DNA from: Gaiellaceae bacterium
Lineage (GTDB): Bacteria > Actinomycetota > Thermoleophilia > Gaiellales > Gaiellaceae
NCBI GenBank assembly: GCA_035506655.1
Contig: DATJOZ010000062.1
Coordinates: 3,619 to 67,618 of the forward strand
Direction of reading: 5' to 3'
Length of the DNA stretch: 64,000 nt
The translations under genes and the position numbers were made by a program. The first letter of the stretch is position 1. Each line of letters starts with the position of its first letter. Shown in pieces: positions 27,466-35,780 of the stretch. The notes below the pieces were generated by a model. It had not been told where the DNA came from. It worked only from the letters and a program-made list of their open reading frames with translations, and ran no database searches.

Positions 27466-28665
27466 GTGGCGCCCGCTCCCGGCGACTCCGAACCGAAAGC
27501 AGACGTCGTGGCAAACGTGAGCATCAACGGACTGTCGAAGCGGTTCGGAGGCAAGGTTCCGACGACGGCGGTCGACAGTCTCGACATCGAGATCGAGCCC
27601 GGAGAGTTCCTCGTCCTCCTCGGCCCGAGCGGGTGCGGCAAGACGACGACGCTCCGCTGCATCGCGGGTCTCGAGTCCGCCGACGAGGGCAGCATCGCCT
27701 TCGGCGACCGGACCGTCTTCGACGCGGCGCGCGGGACGAACGTGCCTCCGAACAAGCGCAACATCGGCATGGTCTTCCAGTCGTACGCGCTGTGGCCGCA
27801 CATGACCGTGCGCCAGAACATCGGCTACCCGCTGAAGGCGCGGCGCGTCAAGCGCGCCACCGCCACCGAGTGGATCGAGGAGGCCGCGGAGCTCGTCGAC
27901 TGCAGCCCGCTGCTCGACCGCTACCCCGGACAGCTCAGCGGCGGCCAGCAGCAGCGCGTCGCGCTCTCGCGCGGGCTCGTGGCACGCCCGGACCTCGTGC
28001 TGTTCGACGAGCCGCTCTCGAACCTCGACGCGCGCCTGCGCGACCAGGTTCGCAGCGAGATCCACGAGCTCCACCAGCGCCTCCACTTCACCGCCGTCTA
28101 CGTCACCCACGACCAGAGCGAGGCGCTCGCGCTCGGCGACCGGCTGGCGATCATGCGCGCCGGCAAGATCGAGCAGCTCGGACGGCCCGAGGAGATCTTC
28201 GAGGAGCCGGCCACCGAGTACGTCGCCGGCTTCATCGGGATGGAGAACCGGCTCACGCTCGAGCGGCAGGCGGGCGGCGGCTGGGTGCACGACGGCGAGC
28301 CGGTGAACGGCGACCTCGGGTTCGACGACCGCGGCGTCGACTCGGTCACGGCGCGTGCGCGGCCCGAGGACCTCAGGCTCGCGGAGCCGGGCACGCCGGC
28401 CCCTCACGACTCGATCTCGTTCACGGCGATCGTCGCCGACTCCGAGTTCGGCGGCCGCTTCATGGACATCCTCCTCACGGTCGCGGGGACGCGCCTCCAC
28501 AGCCGCATGCCTGCGGGCGACCGCGGCAGCTGGATCCGGAGCCTCAACGCGGGCGAGCGGGTGAACGCGTTCCTCCGCGCCGGCGACACGACGGTCTTCG
28601 ACCGGGACGGCGCGCGTATCGCCGCCGAGCGCACGGCCCAGAACCCCGAGAGCGTCGGTGTCTGA
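27466..28665 (+). CDS. ABC transporter ATP-binding protein (FbpC/PotA-like with C-terminal regulatory domain)
   Basis: Walker A GPSGCGKTT, signature LSGGQQQRVAL and Walker B LVLFDEPLS are present. The start could instead be GTG 27508. Confidence 0.9.
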   Translation: MAPAPGDSEPKADVVANVSINGLSKRFGGKVPTTAVDSLDIEIEPGEFLVLLGPSGCGKTTTLRCIAGLESADEGSIAFGDRTVFDAARGTNVPPNKRNIGMVFQSYALWPHMTVRQNIGYPLKARRVKRATATEWIEEAAELVDCSPLLDRYPGQLSGGQQQRVALSRGLVARPDLVLFDEPLSNLDARLRDQVRSEIHELHQRLHFTAVYVTHDQSEALALGDRLAIMRAGKIEQLGRPEEIFEEPATEYVAGFIGMENRLTLERQAGGGWVHDGEPVNGDLGFDDRGVDSVTARARPEDLRLAEPGTPAPHDSISFTAIVADSEFGGRFMDILLTVAGTRLHSRMPAGDRGSWIRSLNAGERVNAFLRAGDTTVFDRDGARIAAERTAQNPESVGV

Positions 28666-30370
28666 GGCGACCGCAGCCGTCACCGTGGCCGCGCCGCGCC
28701 GCAGGCAGCTCCGTCTCGGCTACGTCGCCCCGCGGCTCGGCCTGATCGTCTTCATCGGCTTCCTCGCGTACCTGATCGTCCTGCCGCTCGTCCGGCTCCA
28801 GGTGCTCGCGTTCTCGCACGGCGCCCGCGCCTACGGCGAGGCGTTCCGGGAGCCGGGGATCTGGGGCGTGATCTGGAGGACGGTCGAGCTGGCGCTCGGG
28901 TCGCTCGCGATCGCGCTCGTCCTCGGGACGGCGCTCGCCTGGGCCGCGAGCACGCTCTCCCCCCGGCTGCGCCTGCTGAAGATCCTCCCCATCCTCCCGA
29001 TCGTCGTCCCGGCGATCGCCGCCGTGCTCGGCTGGTCGTTCCTCTTCTCGCCGCATCCCGGCTACCTGAACGCCCTCCTCCGGCACCTGCCGTGGTGGCA
29101 CGGCCAGTACGCCGGCCCCGTCGACATCTACACCCTGCCGTGGATCATCATCGTCACCGGCCTCGCGCTGACCTCGTTCATCTACCTCTTCGTCAGCGCC
29201 GGCTTCGAGAACATCAACGGCGAGCTGCTCGAGGCGGCGCAGGTGGCCGGATCCTCGAAGGCGGGCGTCTTCTTCCGCGTCACGCTGCCGCTGCTACGGC
29301 CGGCGCTGATCTACGGCTCGGGTGTCGCGCTGCTGCTCGCGCTCGGACAGTTCACGGCGCCGCTGATCCTCGGCGCGAACAACAACATCACCGTGCTCAC
29401 GACGCAGATGTACTACGCGACCCAGCAGACGCCCGCGCAGTACGACGTCGCCGCCGCGCTCGGCTCGCCGCTGCTCATCTTCGGCGTCACCGTTCTCGTC
29501 CTGAACAAGATCCTGCTCGGCGACCTCGGACGCTTCGTCACGCACGGCGGCAAGTCGTTCCGCACCTCGGCCAAGAGCTCCAAGATCGGCGCCGTCGCGA
29601 TCGTCCTCTACGGCATCGTCGCGACGCTGCTGCCGATCATCGGCCTCGCACTCGTCGCGCTCTCGCCGTACTGGTCGGGGACGTTGCACCCGAGCCAGTT
29701 CACGCTGCACGCGTTCCACCAGATCTTCCACGACGGCGCGATCCTGACCGCGATCAAGACGAGCCTGATCGTGTCCGTGATCGCCGTCGCGATCACCCTG
29801 CCGCTCGGCTACCTCGGCGCATCGGTGCTGCGGCGGCGCGACGAGTACCCGGTGCTCCGGCCGGTTCTCGACCTGATCGTCGCGATGCCGCTGAGCATCC
29901 CCGCGGTGATCTTCGGCGTCGGCTTCCTCTTCGCGTACACACGAGGGCCGCTCGTCCTGTATGGGTCGAACTGGGTGATCGTGCTCGTCTACATCACGCT
30001 CATGGTCCCGTTCTCGGCGCGCATGCAGCTCTCGGGCATGGTCGCGCTCGGCGACTCGTACCAGGAGGCCTCGCGCGTGTCGGGCGCCGGCGTCTTCCGC
30101 ACGCACCTGACGATCATGGCGCCGCTGATGCGCGCGACGTTTGCGGGCGCGGCGGCGCTGATGTTCATCCTGCTCGCCAACGAGTTCGCCGCGTCGCTGC
30201 TCGTGCGCTCGCCGACCCAGAACGTGATGGGAACGGTCCTCTACAACTACTACGGGAACGGCCTGTACCCCGCGGTTGCCGCCACTGCGCTCGTCATGGT
30301 CGCGGTCACCGGGGCGGGCGTGGCGATCGCGATGCTCGCCGGCGGCTCCGACATCTTCAAGAAGCTGTGA
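28658..30370 (+). CDS. ABC transporter permease, duplicated two-domain type (FbpB-like)
   Basis: 570 aa with two EAA loops (EAAQVAGSSKAGVFFRVTLPLLRP and EASRVSGAGVFRTHLTIMAPLMR). Confidence 0.88.
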   Translation: MSEATAAVTVAAPRRRQLRLGYVAPRLGLIVFIGFLAYLIVLPLVRLQVLAFSHGARAYGEAFREPGIWGVIWRTVELALGSLAIALVLGTALAWAASTLSPRLRLLKILPILPIVVPAIAAVLGWSFLFSPHPGYLNALLRHLPWWHGQYAGPVDIYTLPWIIIVTGLALTSFIYLFVSAGFENINGELLEAAQVAGSSKAGVFFRVTLPLLRPALIYGSGVALLLALGQFTAPLILGANNNITVLTTQMYYATQQTPAQYDVAAALGSPLLIFGVTVLVLNKILLGDLGRFVTHGGKSFRTSAKSSKIGAVAIVLYGIVATLLPIIGLALVALSPYWSGTLHPSQFTLHAFHQIFHDGAILTAIKTSLIVSVIAVAITLPLGYLGASVLRRRDEYPVLRPVLDLIVAMPLSIPAVIFGVGFLFAYTRGPLVLYGSNWVIVLVYITLMVPFSARMQLSGMVALGDSYQEASRVSGAGVFRTHLTIMAPLMRATFAGAAALMFILLANEFAASLLVRSPTQNVMGTVLYNYYGNGLYPAVAATALVMVAVTGAGVAIAMLAGGSDIFKKL

Positions 30371-31182
30371 TCGCGGATCTCCACGGCAAGGTCGCCGTCG
30401 TCACCGGGGCCGCGAGCGGGATCGGCCTCGCGCTGTGCGAGGCGTTCGCCGCCGAGGGGATGCGCATCGCGATGGCCGACGTCGACCCGGCGGGGCTCGA
30501 CGGGGCGGCGGCGCAACTCGCAGCGGACACCGGAGCAGAGGTGCTCGCCGTCGCGACCGACGTGATGAAGTGGGACGAGGTCGCGGCGCTCGAGGCGCGC
30601 GTCCTCGACCGCTTCGGCGCCGTCCACGTGCTGTGCAACAACGCCGGCGTGCAGCTCCCCGGCCTGACGTGGGAGTTCACGCGGCAGGAGTGGGAGTGGG
30701 TGCTGGGCGTCAACCTCGGCGGCGTCGTGCACGGGATCGAGGCGTTCGTCCGCGGGATGGTCGAGCGGGGCGAGCCGGGACACGTCGTGAACACGGCGTC
30801 GGTCGGCGGTCTCGTCGCCTTCCCCGGCCTCGCGCCGTACACCGCGGCGAAGTACGGCGTCGTCGGCCTGTCGGAGTGCCTCGAGCACGATCTCCGCGCG
30901 CAGGACGCGCCGATCGGCGTGTCGGTCCTCTGCCCCGGCCCCGTCCTCAGCTCCCTCCGCGAGAACAGCGCCGTGCTCCGGCCCGGCGGCGAGAACGGCC
31001 GCGACGTGCCGCTCGTCACGATGCCGCGCATCCCGGCGGCGGACGTCGCCGCGCAGGTCCTCGACGCGATCCGCACCGACCGCTTCTGGATCCTCACGCA
31101 TCCGGGATACAAGGTGACGATTCGCGAGCGCTGCCACGGCATCGTCGACACCGACGCCCTCGTCGTCCCCGAGCTCCTGTGA
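30367..31182 (+). CDS. short-chain dehydrogenase/reductase
   Basis: GTG 30367 overlaps the permease stop (GTGA). TGAASGIG, NNAG and YTAAKYG are present. Confidence 0.88.
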   Translation: MIADLHGKVAVVTGAASGIGLALCEAFAAEGMRIAMADVDPAGLDGAAAQLAADTGAEVLAVATDVMKWDEVAALEARVLDRFGAVHVLCNNAGVQLPGLTWEFTRQEWEWVLGVNLGGVVHGIEAFVRGMVERGEPGHVVNTASVGGLVAFPGLAPYTAAKYGVVGLSECLEHDLRAQDAPIGVSVLCPGPVLSSLRENSAVLRPGGENGRDVPLVTMPRIPAADVAAQVLDAIRTDRFWILTHPGYKVTIRERCHGIVDTDALVVPELL

Positions 31183-32327
31183 AGCTCGCGCTCGAACCGG
31201 AGGAGCGCGAGCTGCGCGACGAGGTGCGCGAGTTCCTCGCCGAGCACTGTCCCGACCCGGCGGAGCTGCCGCACGGCCTCGACGAGCGGATCGCGTATCT
31301 CCGCCGCTGGCAGGCGCGCTGCTACGACGCCGGCTACGTCGGGCGCGCGTGGCCGGCCGAGTTCGGCGGGGGCGGGCGGCCGACCGTGGAGCAGATCGTC
31401 GTCGACCAGGAGATGGCGGCGGCGGGCGCGCCCGAGCGGGTCGCGATCGTCGGGCTCGACGTGCTCGGGCCGGCGATCCTCGCGTTCGGGACGGACGAGC
31501 AGCGCAACCGCTACGTCGCTCCGATCCTGTCGGCCGAGGAGCTCTGGAGCCAGGGCTTCTCCGAGCCGGAGGCGGGGTCGGATCTCGCCTCGCTCCGCAC
31601 GACCGCGGTCGAGACCGACGGCGGCTATGTGCTGAACGGGCAGAAGACGTGGGTCTCGTGGGGGCAGTTCTCCCGCTGGTGCGGCGTGCTCGCACGAACC
31701 GACCCCGACGTGCCGAAGCACAAGGGGATCTCGCTGCTGATCGTCGACGTCGAGTCGCCGGGGGTCGAGATGCGGCCGATGGAGCAGATCACGGGACACG
31801 CGGAGTTCTGCGAGCTGTTCCTCGACGACGTGGTCGTCCCGAAGGAGAACCTCCTCGGCCGGCCGGGCCAGGGCTGGGAGATCGCGATGCACGTCGTCGC
31901 GCACGAGCGCGGGACCGCGGCGCTGCCGCGGCAGGTGACGCTGCGGACCTGGCTCGACCGGCTCGTGGCGGACGCCGCCGACCTGGAGCGCGACGGCGCC
32001 CCGGTGCTCGCCGACGAGGCGGCGCAGGCGGCGCTCGCCGGTGCGCTGATCCAGATCGAGGTGCTGCGCCATCACGCGACGCGCACGATGTCGACGTTCA
32101 TCAACGGCGGCGCCGTCGGCCCGGAGAGCTCCGGGGTGAAGCTGCTGATGGCGCAGGCCGAGCAGGCGCTCGGGCTGGCGGCGCTCGAGGTGCTCGGCGA
32201 CGCCGCCGCGGGGGAGTTCTGGCACGAGCGCTACCTGTACTCCCGCGCCGCGAGCGTCTACGGCGGCGCGCAGCAGATCCAGCGCGGGATCATCGCCGAC
32301 CGCGTCCTGTCCCTTCCGAAGGAGTGA
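31179..32327 (+). CDS. acyl-CoA dehydrogenase, alpha-type subunit of a probable heteromeric pair
   Basis: GTG 31179 overlaps the SDR stop (GTGA). FSEPEAGSDL is present. C-terminal VYGGAQQIQRGII replaces the canonical YEGT..IQ. Confidence 0.88.
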   Translation: MKLALEPEERELRDEVREFLAEHCPDPAELPHGLDERIAYLRRWQARCYDAGYVGRAWPAEFGGGGRPTVEQIVVDQEMAAAGAPERVAIVGLDVLGPAILAFGTDEQRNRYVAPILSAEELWSQGFSEPEAGSDLASLRTTAVETDGGYVLNGQKTWVSWGQFSRWCGVLARTDPDVPKHKGISLLIVDVESPGVEMRPMEQITGHAEFCELFLDDVVVPKENLLGRPGQGWEIAMHVVAHERGTAALPRQVTLRTWLDRLVADAADLERDGAPVLADEAAQAALAGALIQIEVLRHHATRTMSTFINGGAVGPESSGVKLLMAQAEQALGLAALEVLGDAAAGEFWHERYLYSRAASVYGGAQQIQRGIIADRVLSLPKE

Positions 32328-32330
32328 TGC

Positions 32331-33320
32331 GTGGACCTCGCGCTGACAGAGGAGCAGACCTGGCTGCGCGAAGCGGTCGGCGAGATGCTCGCGCGCGAGC
32401 CGGACGCCGACACGCTCTGGCGCGAGCTCGTGGAGTTCGGCGCGCTCGAGGTCGGCGGCGACGAAGGTCTCGGCGCCGTCGAGCTCGCGCTGATCGCCTG
32501 GAGCCTCGGCCGGCACCTCGCCGCGGTGCCCTACGTGGACAGCGGCGCGCTCGCATTCGTGGCGCCCGGCCACGGCCGCGTCGCACTCGGGCTGAGTGAG
32601 CCCGGCCGGTCGTTCGCGCCGGCGGAGCCGACGACGTCGCTCGACGGCGGCCGTGTCAGCGGCGAGAAGAGCGCCGTCCCGTTCGCCGCGGCGGTCGATG
32701 CCATCGCCGTCTCCGCGGCGAGCCCGGACGGTCCGGCGCTCGCGCTCGTCGCACCCGCCGCGGGCGGCGTCTCCCTCGAGCCGGAGCCGACGCTCGACCC
32801 GACGCTCCGGCCGGCCCACGTGACCTTCGACTCGGCGGAGGCGGAGCTGCTCGCGCCGCTCCCCGAGTCGCTCGGCGCCGTCGCCGGCGTGCTCGCCGCG
32901 GCCGAGTCCGTCGGCGCAGCCGCCGCGGTGCTCGAGCTCGCCTGCGCCTACGCCGCGCAGCGCCGCCAGTTCGGACAGACGATCGGAAGCTTCCAGGCGA
33001 TCCGGCACCTGCTCGCCGACATGTACGTGAAGGTCGAGAGCTCGTGGTCGAGCGTGCTCTACGCGGCCGCGGCGCTCGACGAGCGCGAGCCCGACAGCCT
33101 CCGCACCGCGTCGATCGCGAAGGCGTACGCCGGACGTGCGACGCACGAGGTCGCACACGGAGCGCTCCAGGTCTTCGGCGGCATCGCCTTCACTGCGGAG
33201 CATCCGGCGCACCGCTTCCTCCGCCGAATCGCCGTCCGCAGCGGCCAGTTCGGCACGCCGCGCGAGCACGAGCGCACCCTCGGACACGATCTCGCCCGAC
33301 GACTGGAGGTCCATGCATGA
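32331..33320 (+). CDS. acyl-CoA dehydrogenase-like, shorter beta-type subunit
   Basis: 329 aa, starting 3 nt after the preceding stop. It has an ACAD C-terminal domain (FGQTIGSFQAIRHLLADM, VFGGIAFTAEHPAHRFLRR). Confidence 0.85.
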   Translation: MDLALTEEQTWLREAVGEMLAREPDADTLWRELVEFGALEVGGDEGLGAVELALIAWSLGRHLAAVPYVDSGALAFVAPGHGRVALGLSEPGRSFAPAEPTTSLDGGRVSGEKSAVPFAAAVDAIAVSAASPDGPALALVAPAAGGVSLEPEPTLDPTLRPAHVTFDSAEAELLAPLPESLGAVAGVLAAAESVGAAAAVLELACAYAAQRRQFGQTIGSFQAIRHLLADMYVKVESSWSSVLYAAAALDEREPDSLRTASIAKAYAGRATHEVAHGALQVFGGIAFTAEHPAHRFLRRIAVRSGQFGTPREHERTLGHDLARRLEVHA

Positions 33321-33679
33321 GCGAGGCGACGTTTCTCCCCGTGTACTTCGCGAAGCTCGACGCCGGCGAGGACGTCGTGCCGATGCTCGCGCCCGACTTC
33401 ACGTTCTCGCTGCTGTGGGCGACGGACGCGGGCGCGCAGGAGTTCGCCGGCAGCTTCGACGCGTTCGAGGGCTATCTCGCCCAGCGCGATCCCGACGGCC
33501 AGCTGCATCACATCTCCAAGTCGCTCCGCGACGGGAGCACCGAGGTCGCGTCCGGCTGGACGACGCGCCACGGCGAGCCGCTCGGCTCGTTCACGTTCGC
33601 CGTCGAGCTCGACGACGACGGGCGCGTGCGCCGCCTGTTCGCCGCGCGCACCGAGACGTTCGACGGCGTCCCCTTCTAG
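33317..33679 (+). CDS. small hypothetical protein, possibly NTF2/SnoaL-like
   Basis: ATG 33317 overlaps the ACAD stop (ATGA). 120 aa with high GC3. The fold assignment is a guess from size and composition. Confidence 0.6.
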   Translation: MSEATFLPVYFAKLDAGEDVVPMLAPDFTFSLLWATDAGAQEFAGSFDAFEGYLAQRDPDGQLHHISKSLRDGSTEVASGWTTRHGEPLGSFTFAVELDDDGRVRRLFAARTETFDGVPF

Positions 33680-34704
33680 ATCCGGACGAGCGTCTTGCCG
33701 GTGTTGTCGCCGCGCATCAGCCCGGCGAGCGCCTCCGGCGCGTGCTCGAGCCCGTCGACGATCGTCTCGCGGTAGCGCAGTCGTCCGTCGCGGAGCCAGG
33801 CTCCGACCTCCCGCGTCAGCTCGGGGAGAAGGTCGACGTTGCTGCTGCCGCGGAAGCCGCGGATGGTCAGGTTCTTCGCCACCGTCATGAACAGGTTGCT
33901 CGGCCCCGGCGGCGGCTCGTCCGCGTCGTACTCCGAGATCGATCCGCAGACGGCGACGCGGCCGAAGTCGCGAAGGGCACCGAGAGCCGCCTCGAGGTGT
34001 CCGCCGCCGACGTTGTCGAAGTAGACGTCGATGCCGTCGGGAGCGGCGGCGCGAAGCAGCTCCGGGAGCGCCCCCGTCCTGTAGTTGAAGGCGGCGTCGA
34101 GCCCGAGCTCGCCGAGCAGGTACGCGACCTTCTCGTCGGAGCCGGCGCTGCCGACCACGCGGTGGCCCCGGATCTTCGCCATCTGCGCGACGAGGCTGCC
34201 GACCGCGCCCGCGGCCGCGGAGACCCAGACGACGTCGCCGTCCCGGAGCTCGGCGACCCGGAAGAGGCCGGCGTAGGCGGTCAGCCCGTTGCCGCCGAGG
34301 ACGCCGAGGTACGCCGGTGCCGGTGCGACGTCGAGGTCGAGCTTCGTCAGCGTGGCGATGCCTCCCAGGGCCGGCACTCCGGCCTCGACGACGGCGTACT
34401 CCCGCCACCCGGCGGCGTGCCACACCGTGTCGCCCGGCTCGAACCCGTCCGCGCGCGACTCGACGATCTCGCCGACGGTGAAGATCCCGTCCATCGGCGC
34501 CTCGAGCGGGAACGCGGCGAAGTACCCGGCCGGCGCCTCGTCCCGCAGGCGGAGCCGGAGCGCCGCGTCGACCGACGTCCACGTGTTGCGCACGAGCACC
34601 TCGCCCGGCTCCGGCGCACGCACCTCCACGTCGACGATGCGGAAGTCCGACGGCCGCACCTCGCCGCGCGGGTACGACACGAGCTGAACCTCACGCCCGT
34701 TCAT
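33676..34704 (-). CDS. NADP-dependent oxidoreductase (MDR, enone/alkenal reductase YncB-like)
   Basis: ATG 34704 overlaps the upstream stop (ATGA). 342 aa with the AAAGAVGSLVAQMAK nucleotide motif. Confidence 0.88.
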   Translation of the reverse strand: MNGREVQLVSYPRGEVRPSDFRIVDVEVRAPEPGEVLVRNTWTSVDAALRLRLRDEAPAGYFAAFPLEAPMDGIFTVGEIVESRADGFEPGDTVWHAAGWREYAVVEAGVPALGGIATLTKLDLDVAPAPAYLGVLGGNGLTAYAGLFRVAELRDGDVVWVSAAAGAVGSLVAQMAKIRGHRVVGSAGSDEKVAYLLGELGLDAAFNYRTGALPELLRAAAPDGIDVYFDNVGGGHLEAALGALRDFGRVAVCGSISEYDADEPPPGPSNLFMTVAKNLTIRGFRGSSNVDLLPELTREVGAWLRDGRLRYRETIVDGLEHAPEALAGLMRGDNTGKTLVRI

Positions 34705-35780
34705 CCGCGGAGGAGCGAGAGCACCTCGCGTCCGATCCGGTCGCTGTTCGCCTCGTCGAGGTCGACCCCGACGGCGCGCGTGCCGATGTAGACCCGGCCG
34801 ATGCCGAGCTCGACGATCTCCTGCAGCCGCTCGGCGCAGTACTCGGCGGGGCCGGCGATCGCGAACCGGTCGATCAGCTCGTCGGCGCCGGCCTCCCGCG
34901 GGTAGAAGTCGATCTCGCCCGGCCGTCCGCCGTCGACGCGCGAGACGCCGCCACGCGTGTCGCGGTAGACCGCCTCCATCGTCGCGACCGCCTGCCGGTA
35001 CTCGCCGTGGTCGGAGGCGCCGACGCCGGCGGCCGCGGTCGTCTCGAACCCGGAGAAGCGCGCATGCGTGACGACGAGCCCGCGAATCGCCTCGCGCGCG
35101 CGTGCGTCGCGCTCGTCGGTGACTGCGACCTGCACGTAGCAGCCGAGCAGCAGCGAGCCCGGGTCCCGTCCGGCCGTGTGGCACGCGTCGTGGGCGAGCG
35201 CGATCGACCGACGGAGCCGCTCGACGTCGGCGCCGACCGAGAAGCTGACGCCGTCCGCACAGCGGACCGCGACGTCGATCGTGCGCGGTCCGGTCGCGGC
35301 GACGTTCAGCGTGGGCGCCGGGAGGTCGAGCGACGGGTCGATGTCGTCGAGGCGCGACATCGTCGAGACGACGCCGTCGATCTCCACCTCCTCGCGCCGG
35401 AGGAACCCGCGCAGCCGGAGCAGGTACTCCTCGAAGCGGGCGACCGGCATCGGCTTCTGCTGGAGCACCTTCATCGCGCCGTCGCCGCGGCCGACCGAGA
35501 AGGACGCGCGCCCGCCGGAGACCCCCTGGAGCGTCGCCATCGCGTCGGCGGCGAGCAGCGGATGGCGCAGCGGGACGGCGACCGCGGTTCCGACCTTCAG
35601 CGTCGTCGTCGCGGCGGCGGCGAGCGCGAGCACGACGTACGGATCGGGCAGCAGCCCGTGCGCCTCGCCGACGGCGAGCCCGTCCCAGCCGCTCGCCTCG
35701 AACGCGCGCGCGAAGCGCCCGATCCCGGCCGAAGGCACCGGCGTCGCGCCCATGCGCCAGAACTCGGCGCGTCCGCTCAT
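34701..35780 (-). CDS. LLM-class (luciferase-like) flavin/F420-dependent oxidoreductase
   Basis: ATG 35780 overlaps the upstream stop (ATGA). 359 aa with an LLM-like TIM-barrel pattern, recalled by eye. Confidence 0.8.
   Translation of the reverse strand: MSGRAEFWRMGATPVPSAGIGRFARAFEASGWDGLAVGEAHGLLPDPYVVLALAAAATTTLKVGTAVAVPLRHPLLAADAMATLQGVSGGRASFSVGRGDGAMKVLQQKPMPVARFEEYLLRLRGFLRREEVEIDGVVSTMSRLDDIDPSLDLPAPTLNVAATGPRTIDVAVRCADGVSFSVGADVERLRRSIALAHDACHTAGRDPGSLLLGCYVQVAVTDERDARAREAIRGLVVTHARFSGFETTAAAGVGASDHGEYRQAVATMEAVYRDTRGGVSRVDGGRPGEIDFYPREAGADELIDRFAIAGPAEYCAERLQEIVELGIGRVYIGTRAVGVDLDEANSDRIGREVLSLLRG

Noticed and set aside
26369-30370. Annotating the ABC system as an iron(III) uptake transporter.
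   Set aside because: Family resemblance alone is weak evidence for the ligand. The direct translational coupling to SDR/ACAD genes and the lipid-regulon motif argue against iron, so the substrate is left open.
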